DNA from: Myxococcota bacterium | GTDB taxonomy: Bacteria > Myxococcota_A > SURF-8 > G963663525 | Reading direction: 5' to 3' | NCBI GenBank assembly: GCA_963663525.2 | Contig: CAXXHC010000001.1 | Span: 1,030,572 to 1,094,571, forward strand | Length of the DNA stretch: 64,000 bases | In this document: positions 56,589 to 64,000 of the stretch, in pieces | Numbering within the stretch: position 1 is the first letter of the stretch | Layout: each line of letters opens with the position of its first letter | The notes under the pieces: generated by a model | What the model saw: the letters and a program-made list of their open reading frames with translations, nothing else | The model's database searches: none | Told to the model about the DNA's origin: nothing | Position numbers and translations under genes: made by a program

Positions 56589-58450
56589 TCGCCTCCTTGA
56601 CCAAGAAATTCATGGGGATAGACGTCCAGGTCATCGAACCAGCGGGCCAACAAAGCCTGGCGCTTGGCGTCGTTTTCCGGCAGTTCCAGCGGTCGTCCTC
56701 TCAGGTCGAACAGCAGCCCGACCACGCCGCCGTGCACGGTGGTTTCGAGGGGTTTTCCGGCTCCCGCACCCACATCGATTCCGCGCATCGGTTCGGCCAC
56801 GAGCCGCGCCTCTTCGCCATCTCCCAACGGGTAAAGTTTCAGATCCCCATGAGCCAGCGTTTCCGTCACGGCCCCGGAAGGAAGTTCCAAGGTGATTTTC
56901 ATCGCGGGTTTGCCCGGTTTTCCGCGCCCGCGCGGGGCGATGCAGTCGCCCAGGTGAATCATGCAGTCTTTTTCGAAAATTTCGGCGGCGGCCTGGGGAT
57001 GCAGTTCGGAAAGCACGCCCAGATGAGGCATCATAAAAATCGAATCCACCGCCAGCATGGTCACGCCTTCGGGCAGGAAGGCGTCGAGCAGCATCATCGC
57101 GGTCTGTACCCGGCGCGGAGCGTGGGACAGCACCCCGCCGGAACCCACGAGGAGGTTCAGCGCCATCATGTTGACGATGGTCATGCCTCCCTCGGACTGG
57201 TCGAAGGCGTCGGAAATCGTCCGGGCGGTCTGCACGCCCTTGAGGCTGGTGGCGAATTCCTTGTGCTGGACAAAGGCCAGCCGCAGCGCTTCTTTTGCCA
57301 CCGCCTGTTCGATGGCGAGATCGTGCAAAGTCTGGGGAACGGTGGTCGGGCGAATCATTTTGTTCTTGATCGCGTTGCGCAGGGCGCGCTCGTCGGTGTC
57401 GAAAGGCACCCAGCGCATGATTTTGTCCAACCCCGCCGAAGCCAGCACGTTGGCGATGGAATAGCTCATGCCGAGGTTCGCCGATACGGTTCGGTTGAAT
57501 TTCGGACGTTTTTTGCCGTTTTCGACGATGGGAAAGACGCTGAACACGTCGGTGGTCGCCCCGCCGATGTCCACGCCGACCACGTTGACCGATTCGATCT
57601 GCGAAATCCGCTCGATGATTGCGCCTACCGCACCCGGCGTGGGAACGATGGGGGTGTCGGTCCAACTCATCAGTTTTTTGTAACCCGGCGCCTGCTGCAT
57701 GACGTGCTCCATGAAAAGATCGTGGATGGCGTCGCGAGCGGGGTCGAGGTTTTCGCGTTCCAGGGAAGGCCGCAGGTTTTCGGTGATGGTCAGATCGGTC
57801 TTTTTCTCAAGAATTTCGGTGATTTCCTTGCGTGCGTTTTGCGTGCCGGAGTAAATCACAGGAAGATTGTAGCTCTGTCCCAGACGCGGGCGCGGATTGG
57901 CGGCGCGAATCAATTCCGCCAGGGAAACCACGTGATCGATGCGCCGGGAGTCGTCGGTCAGGCCGGCCAGCAGGATCATGTCGGGTCGAAGCTGGCGGAT
58001 GCGCTCGATCTGCTCGTGGGGCATACGCTTGTCGTTGACGCTGATCGTGTCCATCACGATCGCCCCCGCCGACAGCGAGGCCCGTTCCGCGCTTTCCGCC
58101 GTCATTTTACGCACCACGCCGCTGACGAGCATCTGCAAGCCGCCGCCCGCCGAAGAGGTGGAAATGTAGATGTCCACACCCACGGGTTTGCCATCTTCGA
58201 ACCGTGCGGGCTTGATGAAGCTGCCGTCCTCGTCGAGCATGGACCGTCCAGAGAGTTCCTCGACTTCCTGGATGGCGTTGAGCACGCCCCGCGTGACGTC
58301 CTCGAACGGCGCTTCCACAGTAGTGGGCGCTTCGCCACGGTAGGTCTGGCGGTATTCGTCCCCCACTTTTTCGAAAAGAATGGCCTTGGTGGTGGTACTG
58401 CCGCAGTCCGTGGCGATAATCACCTTGATGTCTTCCGGTCGTCGCGTCAT
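56585..58450 (-). CDS. Glutamate mutase L (GlmL/MutL)-family ASKHA ATPase-like protein, 621 aa
   Basis: IIATDCGSTTTKAILF, YISTSSAGGGLQM, VVGVDIGGATTDVFSV: duplicated actin-fold phosphate loops as in GlmL-type reactivase-like proteins. The antisense 697-aa ORF is a shadow. Confidence 0.7.
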   Translation of the reverse strand: MTRRPEDIKVIIATDCGSTTTKAILFEKVGDEYRQTYRGEAPTTVEAPFEDVTRGVLNAIQEVEELSGRSMLDEDGSFIKPARFEDGKPVGVDIYISTSSAGGGLQMLVSGVVRKMTAESAERASLSAGAIVMDTISVNDKRMPHEQIERIRQLRPDMILLAGLTDDSRRIDHVVSLAELIRAANPRPRLGQSYNLPVIYSGTQNARKEITEILEKKTDLTITENLRPSLERENLDPARDAIHDLFMEHVMQQAPGYKKLMSWTDTPIVPTPGAVGAIIERISQIESVNVVGVDIGGATTDVFSVFPIVENGKKRPKFNRTVSANLGMSYSIANVLASAGLDKIMRWVPFDTDERALRNAIKNKMIRPTTVPQTLHDLAIEQAVAKEALRLAFVQHKEFATSLKGVQTARTISDAFDQSEGGMTIVNMMALNLLVGSGGVLSHAPRRVQTAMMLLDAFLPEGVTMLAVDSIFMMPHLGVLSELHPQAAAEIFEKDCMIHLGDCIAPRGRGKPGKPAMKITLELPSGAVTETLAHGDLKLYPLGDGEEARLVAEPMRGIDVGAGAGKPLETTVHGGVVGLLFDLRGRPLELPENDAKRQALLARWFDDLDVYPHEFLGQGGE

Positions 58451-58575
58451 ATCGTCTCGCTTCCCGATGGATTTTTTCGTGTTTCTAGCATAGTTTGCGT
58501 CGGACTACAAACGACGGGCGGGAAGAAGGTGGGCGATTCAATTCTTGAAGGATTACCCCCTCCAAGCACCTTCGC

Positions 58576-58826
58576 GGGTGCCATCTATAAGAGAAACCTG
58601 TTTGTCAAGCAGATTCCCCCATTTTTTTCATCGATGTCAAGCCGTCCTTCGTTCATCCATCTATTCGGCGTCGTATTTCACGCGCCATGATTCCGTGCAA
58701 GAATCGTCCGCCCCATTCACGGTCAAGCTCTCGTCGGAGCACTGGCACCCGCGGGGTCGGACGAAACGGTGATTCGAAAGAACGTATGGAACATCGAAAT
58801 CTCTTCACGTTGCTTCTGTCACTTAG
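58576..58826 (-). repeat. Repeat B, copy 2 (251 bp), inverted relative to copy 1
   Basis: See 35151..35402. Ends 125 bp upstream of the GlmL-like gene start and points toward it. Confidence 0.9.
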
Positions 58827-59000
58827 CCCGCATTATTCATGAGGATCGTAGCGAGACGCCGAAAACCGATGATATTTCATGAAGTTGGAGCGATTTTCAC
58901 CCGCAGGCATACTTTACAGTCTGTCGAGGATGAAAATCGGGAAACGAGTGAAAGATCGAGGATTTTCAAGTCGCAGTAGATTCTTTATGAATTATGCGGG
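58827..59000 (+). mobile_element. MITE-like element A, copy 2 (174 bp)
   Basis: Same terminal inverted repeats as copy 1. Direct TTAG at 58823-26 and 59001-04. Inserted in the stop region of small ORF C2. Confidence 0.75.
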
Positions 59001-59173
59001 TTAGGCGAATGGCCGTGAAAACACAAAGAATCCGGGCCATCGATCCGTTCCGGATCGAAGACCCGGGCACCCATTCCTTCATCCACCGAATCAAGTTTGT
59101 GCCAAATCCAGAATGGAATCGTCCTGTCTTCTTCCCTTCCCTGCGGCTTGACAATTTCCCTGCCTCGTGCCAT
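58985..59173 (-). CDS. Small ORF C2 (as annotated 62 aa; 58 aa ending ..HSPK* once the MITE is removed)
   Basis: Strong RBS (caGGAGatattcATG). MARGREIVKPQGREEDRTIPFWIWHKLDSVDEGMGARVFDPERIDGPDSLCFHGHSP then NPHNS* read from the MITE. Paralogous to C0 and C1. Confidence 0.45.
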   Translation of the reverse strand: MARGREIVKPQGREEDRTIPFWIWHKLDSVDEGMGARVFDPERIDGPDSLCFHGHSPNPHNS

Positions 59174-59256
59174 GAATATCTCCTGTTATTTCCTATAGAT
59201 TCGCGCCGTTTTATCATCCGGCGCGGTTGATGGTAACGTGCAGACAGGAGGACGCC

Positions 59257-60588
59257 ATGGGACGGATTCGTCGGTTTAGTGGGTGGTGGCTGGTTGTGGC
59301 CGCGTGCCTGTGGCTGGTCGGATGTGGAGACGACGAGGAACAAACCCCCATCGACGGCGGTGATACCGACGTTGACGAAATCTCTGAAGTGGAAGAAGTG
59401 GCCAAGGCGCCGCTGGATTTCGATCCCGCCGGACCCGATGCCGCCCCCGACCCCTACGAGGCCGGACCTTTCCCAGTAGGCGTGATGACTTTCGACTTCT
59501 ACGACGACAGCCGTCCCGACGAGTTGCGCGACAACCAGGGACGCTGGCTGCGGGTGGACGTCTGGTATCCCGCGACGCAGGACTACAAAGACGGACCTTT
59601 CGAGAAGATGGACCTGAAGAAACAGGCCGAAGATATCGACCTGGGCGACAAGCAGGAAATCATCGCCAACGCCGATTTGCCCCTGATTCAGACGGTTTCC
59701 GCCCGTGATGCCGAGATCGAACCGACGCACGGACCCTATCCGGTGATTCTTTTCAGCCACGGGGCCAACGGCATCCGCTGGCAGTCCGTGTTCTACACCC
59801 AGCACCTCGCCTCTCACGGCTACATCGTGATTTCCCCCGACCACGACCACAACACCATCTGGGACATCATCCGCGACGGGTTCCAGGGCGACAGTCTGTT
59901 GAGTTCGTTGACCAAGCGCCCCGACGACATGAGCTTCCTGCTCGATCGCGCCGTGGAATGGAACCGGGATGAAACGAGCGTATTTTATGGCCTGATCGAC
60001 GAGGAAAACGTGGGTGTGACCGGACATTCGCTGGGCGGCATCACCTCCACGATCATGCCCTGCAAAGACCCACGTTTCAAAGCCGCCGTGCTGCATTCAC
60101 CCAGCATCGCCGCCGGATATCTATACGGAGTTTGCGACATCGAAGACTATCCCGTTCCGACGCTGACCATGGGCGGCACGCTGGACGACACCCTGCCTTA
60201 TTGCGGAATGTACTGTGATTACAAGAACATGCTGCTCTCCACGCAGCCGAAATACCTGTACGAACTCGAAGCGGGCGGACACTTTACCTTCTCTGACATC
60301 TGCCGCCTGGATCTGATCGCGGTCAGCCAGGAACTGGATATGGGCAACGACGCCAAAAACGCGCTTTCGGACGGTTGCGCCGACTTCAACGCCCCGTTCG
60401 AGGACGCGCAAAAGACGATCAACTACTATGCGACCGCCTTTTTCAACCTCTACCTGCGCGACTCGGAAGGCTCGGATCAGTACCTTGAAGACCGGGACGA
60501 CGCGCCTTTCGACGTGGTGAACTTTTTTACCGGCGACGTGCCGGACTACTGGGGTGAAGGCGGCTGTGAAGCCTGCGAGGGAATTTAG
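59257..60588 (+). CDS. Alpha/beta-hydrolase lipoprotein (PAF-acetylhydrolase / lipase-like)
   Basis: ATG at 59257 with an AGGAGG RBS. Lipobox LWLVGC-GDDEE. Nucleophile elbow GVTGHSLGG. Confidence 0.75.
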   Translation: MGRIRRFSGWWLVVAACLWLVGCGDDEEQTPIDGGDTDVDEISEVEEVAKAPLDFDPAGPDAAPDPYEAGPFPVGVMTFDFYDDSRPDELRDNQGRWLRVDVWYPATQDYKDGPFEKMDLKKQAEDIDLGDKQEIIANADLPLIQTVSARDAEIEPTHGPYPVILFSHGANGIRWQSVFYTQHLASHGYIVISPDHDHNTIWDIIRDGFQGDSLLSSLTKRPDDMSFLLDRAVEWNRDETSVFYGLIDEENVGVTGHSLGGITSTIMPCKDPRFKAAVLHSPSIAAGYLYGVCDIEDYPVPTLTMGGTLDDTLPYCGMYCDYKNMLLSTQPKYLYELEAGGHFTFSDICRLDLIAVSQELDMGNDAKNALSDGCADFNAPFEDAQKTINYYATAFFNLYLRDSEGSDQYLEDRDDAPFDVVNFFTGDVPDYWGEGGCEACEGI

Positions 60589-60639
60589 CCTTCGGAAAAG
60601 ACAAAAACCGATAACCATTTGATATTTAAAGGAAAAACC

Positions 60640-61881
60640 ATGAGCAAGCTGGCTATAAATGGTGGAACTCCCATCCGCAACACGTCGTTCAAAGCGTGGC
60701 CGACCTACGACGAAAAAGAGAAAAAGCAGCTTCTCGAAGTGCTGGAAAGCCACAACTGGGGAGGCTATCCCTATCCCAACACCAAAGCGCTGGAATTGGC
60801 CCGGAAATTCGCGGCGGCCCACGACGCAACCCACGGCGTGACCTGCGCCAACGGTACGGTTTCATTGGAGATTTCGCTCAAGGCGGCGGGGATCGAAGCC
60901 GGGCAGGAAGTCATCGTGCCGACCTACACCTGGCTGGCGACCGCCGGATGCGCGGTGGAGGTCAACGCGGTGCCGATCTTCGCCGACGTGCGCGCCGACA
61001 ACTACACCCTCGACCCGGCGAAGGTCGAGGCGCTGATTACCGACCGGACTTTCGCCGTGATTCCCGTGCACCTGGGGTCGTCCATCGCCGATCTCGATCG
61101 CCTCAAAGAGATCTGTGACAAGCACGGACTCATCCTGATCGAGGACTGCGCCCACATGCACGGCGGAAAATGGCGCGACAAGGGCGTCGGAAGCTGGGGA
61201 GATTTCGGCTCGTTCTCCTTCCAGTCGTCGAAGCTGATGACGGCGGGCGAGGGCGGCATGGTCACCACCTCGAACGACGAATTCTTTCAGCGGGCGTCGA
61301 GCATCACCAACTGCGGACGCAAGGAATGGGGCTACGACGATTTCGAAGGCGAAGAGTTCGGCGGCAACTTCCGCATGACCGAATTCCAGTGTGGCGTGCT
61401 GCTCACCCAACTCGAAAAACTGGGTGCTTTCACCGAGTTGCGCGCCGCCCGCGCCGGATTGCTCAGCAACCTGCTCGACGACATCGACGGCATCACGCCC
61501 ATCCGACCGGACGAGCGCGTCACCCGCTCGGCGCATTACCAGTACATTTTCAAGTACGATCCCAATGGTTTCAAGGGCTTGCACCGGGATCGCTTTTTAG
61601 AGGCGATGGCCGCCGAAGGCATCGAGATCGACGGCGATTTCTACGAGCCGATCCAGGCCCGACCGATCTTCAGCCCCTCGATCAAGCGCTATCCGATGCT
61701 CAAGGAACGCTATCCGCAGGGAATCGTCGCCGAAAGCGCCGAAACTCCGATCGCCCACAAAGCCGCCTACGAAGAAGCCTGCTGGCTGCACTACCCGGCC
61801 CTGATGGGCAGTGAAGACGACGTGCGCTCCGTGGCCGAAGCCATCGTGAAAATTCAAGAAAACGTGGATGAGTTGCTGTAA
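60640..61881 (+). CDS. DegT/DnrJ/EryC1/StrS-family PLP-dependent aminotransferase
   Basis: ATG at 60640. ..CANGTVSLEISLKAAGI..VIVPTYTWLATA.., PLP-Lys motif FSFQSSKLMTAGEGGMV. Confidence 0.85.
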   Translation: MSKLAINGGTPIRNTSFKAWPTYDEKEKKQLLEVLESHNWGGYPYPNTKALELARKFAAAHDATHGVTCANGTVSLEISLKAAGIEAGQEVIVPTYTWLATAGCAVEVNAVPIFADVRADNYTLDPAKVEALITDRTFAVIPVHLGSSIADLDRLKEICDKHGLILIEDCAHMHGGKWRDKGVGSWGDFGSFSFQSSKLMTAGEGGMVTTSNDEFFQRASSITNCGRKEWGYDDFEGEEFGGNFRMTEFQCGVLLTQLEKLGAFTELRAARAGLLSNLLDDIDGITPIRPDERVTRSAHYQYIFKYDPNGFKGLHRDRFLEAMAAEGIEIDGDFYEPIQARPIFSPSIKRYPMLKERYPQGIVAESAETPIAHKAAYEEACWLHYPALMGSEDDVRSVAEAIVKIQENVDELL

Positions 61882-61903
61882 TTCACCCGCTTGTCCGAAC
61901 TCG

Positions 61904-61942
61904 AACGCCCTCCGGTCTAAACCGACCGGAGGGCGTTTTTTT
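61904..61942 (+). terminator. Rho-independent terminator
   Basis: aacgccctccggtc-taaacc-gaccggagggcgtt followed by a T-run, 22 nt after the stop. Confidence 0.85.
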
Positions 61943-61998
61943 ATGCTAAATCCAATATTTATGGAAGTTGGGCAAATTTCTAGCCCGGTTTTTCAAAG

Positions 61999-62526
61999 TT
62001 ATTTCCCGTATTTGTACAATTTGTAGCTACTCACTTTCTCAATACAGGCTGAATCCCATCGTTGACCGGAAACTTCCTCCATAAGCTGTGCGTAGCAACC
62101 GTAATTCAACACGTGGTATTGTGCCACATCGGTGGGAAGCTGGTGGACGTTCATGCTGTTGAGTGCCGGAGAGTGTGCGTAAATCAACAGTTTTTCCGCC
62201 GCTGAGATTTGCAAAGCCCACTCCGAATCGGACAGTTTTTCGTCGCCGCTTACCAACATCCTACCGAGATAGATTTCCAAATTTCCCCGGTCTGAGGTCC
62301 AGTCCGCAAGTCCGTGTTGGTTTAAACGAGTTCCGAAATTCTGTTCCCATGCCTTGCCGATGTACAGTAAAACCTTCGGCCCGTAAACCGGGTGCGAACC
62401 GTAAATCTGATAAACTCCCCACGCTGTGGCGGAATTCGTGAATTCATCCCGATCCGGTACTTCTCCACAGTCCAACTTGAAAGGACCGATCCAATCCAAA
62501 TAAATTGGAGTCATCGTGCTTGACAT
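61999..62526 (-). CDS. Hypothetical protein with a GIY-YIG-like N-terminal motif
   Basis: ..AWGVYQIYGSHPVYGPKVLLYIGKAWEQNFGTRLNQH.. resembles GIY-(x9-11)-YIG plus a downstream R. AT-richer patch. Confidence 0.45.
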   Translation of the reverse strand: MSSTMTPIYLDWIGPFKLDCGEVPDRDEFTNSATAWGVYQIYGSHPVYGPKVLLYIGKAWEQNFGTRLNQHGLADWTSDRGNLEIYLGRMLVSGDEKLSDSEWALQISAAEKLLIYAHSPALNSMNVHQLPTDVAQYHVLNYGCYAQLMEEVSGQRWDSACIEKVSSYKLYKYGK

Positions 62527-62591
62527 AACCCCTCCTAATTACAGGTTTATTCGATTTTCATCTATCTCGGATTTTCAATTCGATTTCCACA

Positions 62592-63356
62592 TCACTTTCC
62601 CGAACCTCTTCCTCCAGCCGGGCAACGACGCGCCGCCTGAATGAAATCATCGATCAGCGCCCGTGACAGCGGATGGTCGGGGGAGCGCTCTGGGTGCCAT
62701 TGCACGCCCACGAGATAATCTCCCCGGTTGACGCGCTCCATCGCTTCGACCACGCCGTCCAGCGTTTTCGCACAGGCCGAAAACCCTGGCGGCAGGGTGC
62801 GGATGAGCTGGTGATGCGAAGAATTGGCCCGGTAGCGCTCGCGTCCGGCGAAACGCGCCAGGTGGGAAGAGGGATCGACTTCCACATCGTGCAGGCGCGG
62901 GCGACCGTCTGCATGGCTACGGTGGTTTTTCGTCGGATATCGCTCGGCGCGCAGGCTCTGGTCCTGCCAGATATCGCCTCCGAAAGCTACGGCCATCATT
63001 TGCATCCCCCTACAGACGCCCAGCACCGGCAGACGTCGTTCCCGCGCCCGACGCAAAAGGTAGATTTCGGCGTCGTCGCGCTCGGGCTGCACCGTGATCG
63101 TCGGGTGCGGCTCCTCGCCGATCCACTGGGCCGCCGGGTCCACGCCGCCCGTCAATACGAGTCCCTGAAGCAGGTCCAACAGGGTTTCCAACGCCACGTA
63201 ATCTCCGAGATTGGGAAGCACCACCGGAGCGCCGCCTGCGTCCAGCACCCAGGAAATGTAGCGCCGGTACAGATATTCATATGGCTCCGCATCGGATGCC
63301 GGGCCGCTCGCCTCCCCGTTTCCGATGGCGCAAGTCAGTCCGATCACTGGTTTCAT
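62592..63356 (-). CDS. Class-I glutamine amidotransferase / gamma-glutamyl-GABA hydrolase-like (peptidase C26)
   Basis: LPVLGVCRGMQMM (nucleophile Cys), ..SSHHQ.., ..VGVQWHPE. Confidence 0.85.
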   Translation of the reverse strand: MKPVIGLTCAIGNGEASGPASDAEPYEYLYRRYISWVLDAGGAPVVLPNLGDYVALETLLDLLQGLVLTGGVDPAAQWIGEEPHPTITVQPERDDAEIYLLRRARERRLPVLGVCRGMQMMAVAFGGDIWQDQSLRAERYPTKNHRSHADGRPRLHDVEVDPSSHLARFAGRERYRANSSHHQLIRTLPPGFSACAKTLDGVVEAMERVNRGDYLVGVQWHPERSPDHPLSRALIDDFIQAARRCPAGGRGSGK

Positions 63357-63433
63357 GGCGATTCTCCACGATTTTTTAACGATTCTTTCATTTTAATCTT
63401 GACGATACCCCTGACTATTGATACCACTGCTCC

Positions 63434-63509
63434 GGGCTCGTAGCTCAATCGGCAGAGCAGCGGACTCTTAATCCGAAGGTTGAGGGTTCGATTCCCTCCG
63501 GGCCCACCA
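63434..63509 (+). tRNA. tRNA-Lys (anticodon CTT), CCA encoded
   Basis: GGGCTCG acceptor pairs with CGGGCCC (one G-U). D-arm agctcaatcggcagagc. Anticodon loop ctCTTaa. T-arm gagggTTCGATTccctc. Discriminator A followed by CCA. Confidence 0.9.
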
Positions 63510-63515
63510 TGAACA

Positions 63516-63550
63516 AACCGGCTTTTCTCGGAAAGCCGGTTTTTCTTTTT
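63516..63550 (+). terminator. Rho-independent terminator after tRNA-Lys
   Basis: aaaccggctttc-tcg-gaaagccggttt followed by ttcttttt. Confidence 0.8.
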
Positions 63551-63595
63551 AGACCATTCCTGAAGGGCGGAAATTAAAAAGCGCAAACGTGGAAT

Positions 63596-63702
63596 GGACC
63601 CGAAGGGTCCGATTGCCTCTCCCATTGGGAGAGGCCGGTGCTTCAGCACCGGGTGAGGGAAATTCACGTCCCCTCACCCTAACCCTCTCCCAAAGGGAGA
63701 GG
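63596..63702. repeat. Array of five consecutive short GC hairpins (REP-like)
   Basis: ggaccc-gaa-gggtcc; cctctccca-t-tgggagagg; ccggtgc-ttca-gcaccgg; gtgaggg-aaattcacgtc-ccctcac; ccctctccc-aaa-gggagaggg. Confidence 0.7.
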
Positions 63703-63804
63703 GGATAAAAGATCTATGTTTTCAACGGGTTGAAAATGTTTGAGTAGGATTTTGCACGATTTGATTTCCAGCCATTCCTGAACTCGCAAATTCTATCACA
63801 AGAG

Positions 63805-64000
63805 TTACGGAAACGGCGTAAGTTCCCCGCTTCCCCTGCGTTTTACGTATTCACTCCAGACGCCCGGACATTCTCCCGCCAATCGACAACGGCCACAAGG
63901 CTCCTTCGGCTTGATTTTTCTTCCGGCCTTTTCCGTCCAGCCTTCTCGCCAGCCTTCCTCCCCGGTGGAACTCAGCAGCATTTTCCTCGTTCTTCCGCGT
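63805..64000 (-). CDS. Possible 3' end of a minus-strand gene entering from the right edge (unknown function)
   Basis: Hand translation ..GWREGWTEKAGRKIKPKEPCGRCRLAGECPGVWSEYVKRRGSGELTPFP*, stop at 63807-05. Open to the window edge. No other support. Confidence 0.25.
   Translation of the reverse strand, partial: RGRTRKMLLSSTGEEGWREGWTEKAGRKIKPKEPCGRCRLAGECPGVWSEYVKRRGSGELTPFP

Noticed and set aside
56597-58690. 697-aa + strand ORF. Similar cases: 45086..46303, 51162..52676, 48767..49759, 36222..37061, 38600..39499
   Set aside because: All are antisense to genes with clear family motifs (GlmL-like, MFS, membrane protein, dehydratase, sigma factor, EnvC). Their translations are H/R/G/V-rich with no motif.
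58576-59173. Interpretation of the C-B units at 33-35 kb and 58-59 kb as solo left ends of IS110 copies
   Set aside because: Only weak similarity links B to the 116 nt upstream of the IS110 transposase, and no transposase remnant follows either B copy. The idea is not excluded, but I do not consider it supported without defining the IS110 ends from other copies.
63353-63667. 104-aa minus-strand ORF
   Set aside because: It overlaps the tRNA-Lys gene, its terminator and the hairpin array. The translation is driven by palindromic repeats.

Overview
This is a 64-kb bacterial chromosomal window of moderately high GC, judged by eye. It appears diderm: many lipobox signal peptides and an FtsE-FtsX-EnvC module. 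It is probably an anaerobe, because it carries a 2-hydroxyacyl-CoA dehydratase with its activase. Everything below comes from reading the sequence and the ORF track; no database search was run, so family names are motif-level calls.

Layout:
(i) 1-9.8 kb: rlmN (partial), two acidic Cys-rich lipoproteins (one giant, about 1957 aa, with EGF-like and other Cys-module repeats), a GNAT gene overlapping the giant gene's stop, and an ECF sigma factor.
(ii) About 9.9-35.2 kb: an extremely IS-dense, mosaic and partly AT-richer island. It holds at least 13 IS copies or remnants of about 8 types:
- IS110
- a 903-906-bp two-ORF IS5-type element (3 copies)
- a second IS5/IS427-type element
- a 1.7-kb IS5-type element
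- two different ISL3 types (2 copies each; the second ISL3-2 copy lies at 42.4 kb, outside the island)
- IS630 (one full copy plus a remnant)
- IS1380-like
- IS4/DUF4372
- a 174-bp MITE
Many insertions are nested, and several disrupted genes can be rebuilt in frame by removing the IS plus one target-site duplication (TSD).
(iii) 35.4-63.5 kb: mostly housekeeping-like genes. These are an ECF sigma/anti-sigma pair, a secreted protein, EnvC-FtsX-FtsE, an MFS transporter, an SRPBCC protein, the dehydratase cluster, a large polytopic membrane protein, RNase G, a GlmL-like ATPase operon, a lipoprotein hydrolase, a DegT aminotransferase, a GIY-YIG-like orphan, a C26 amidotransferase and tRNA-Lys(CTT).

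Most noteworthy non-standard signals:
(a) A recurring module made of a diverged small ORF followed by a 251/252-bp non-coding segment. The two non-coding copies are virtually identical and lie in inverted orientation, bracketing 23.2 kb (35151-58826). In both copies the ORF stop region (CTAAGTGA) has been hit by a different mobile element. A third, diverged copy abuts the IS110 transposase leader.
(b) An orphan two-gene fragment trapped between IS elements. It encodes a ThiS/MoaD-like beta-grasp protein with a penultimate Gly-Gly, preceded by an unassignable 257-aa Cys/His-rich protein.
(c) A composite-transposon-like structure: inverted identical ISL3 copies around a low-GC cargo lipoprotein.
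(d) A candidate IS110 5' non-coding (bridge-RNA-type) leader.

No CRISPR array, rRNA, or recognisable complete defence or toxin-antitoxin system was seen.
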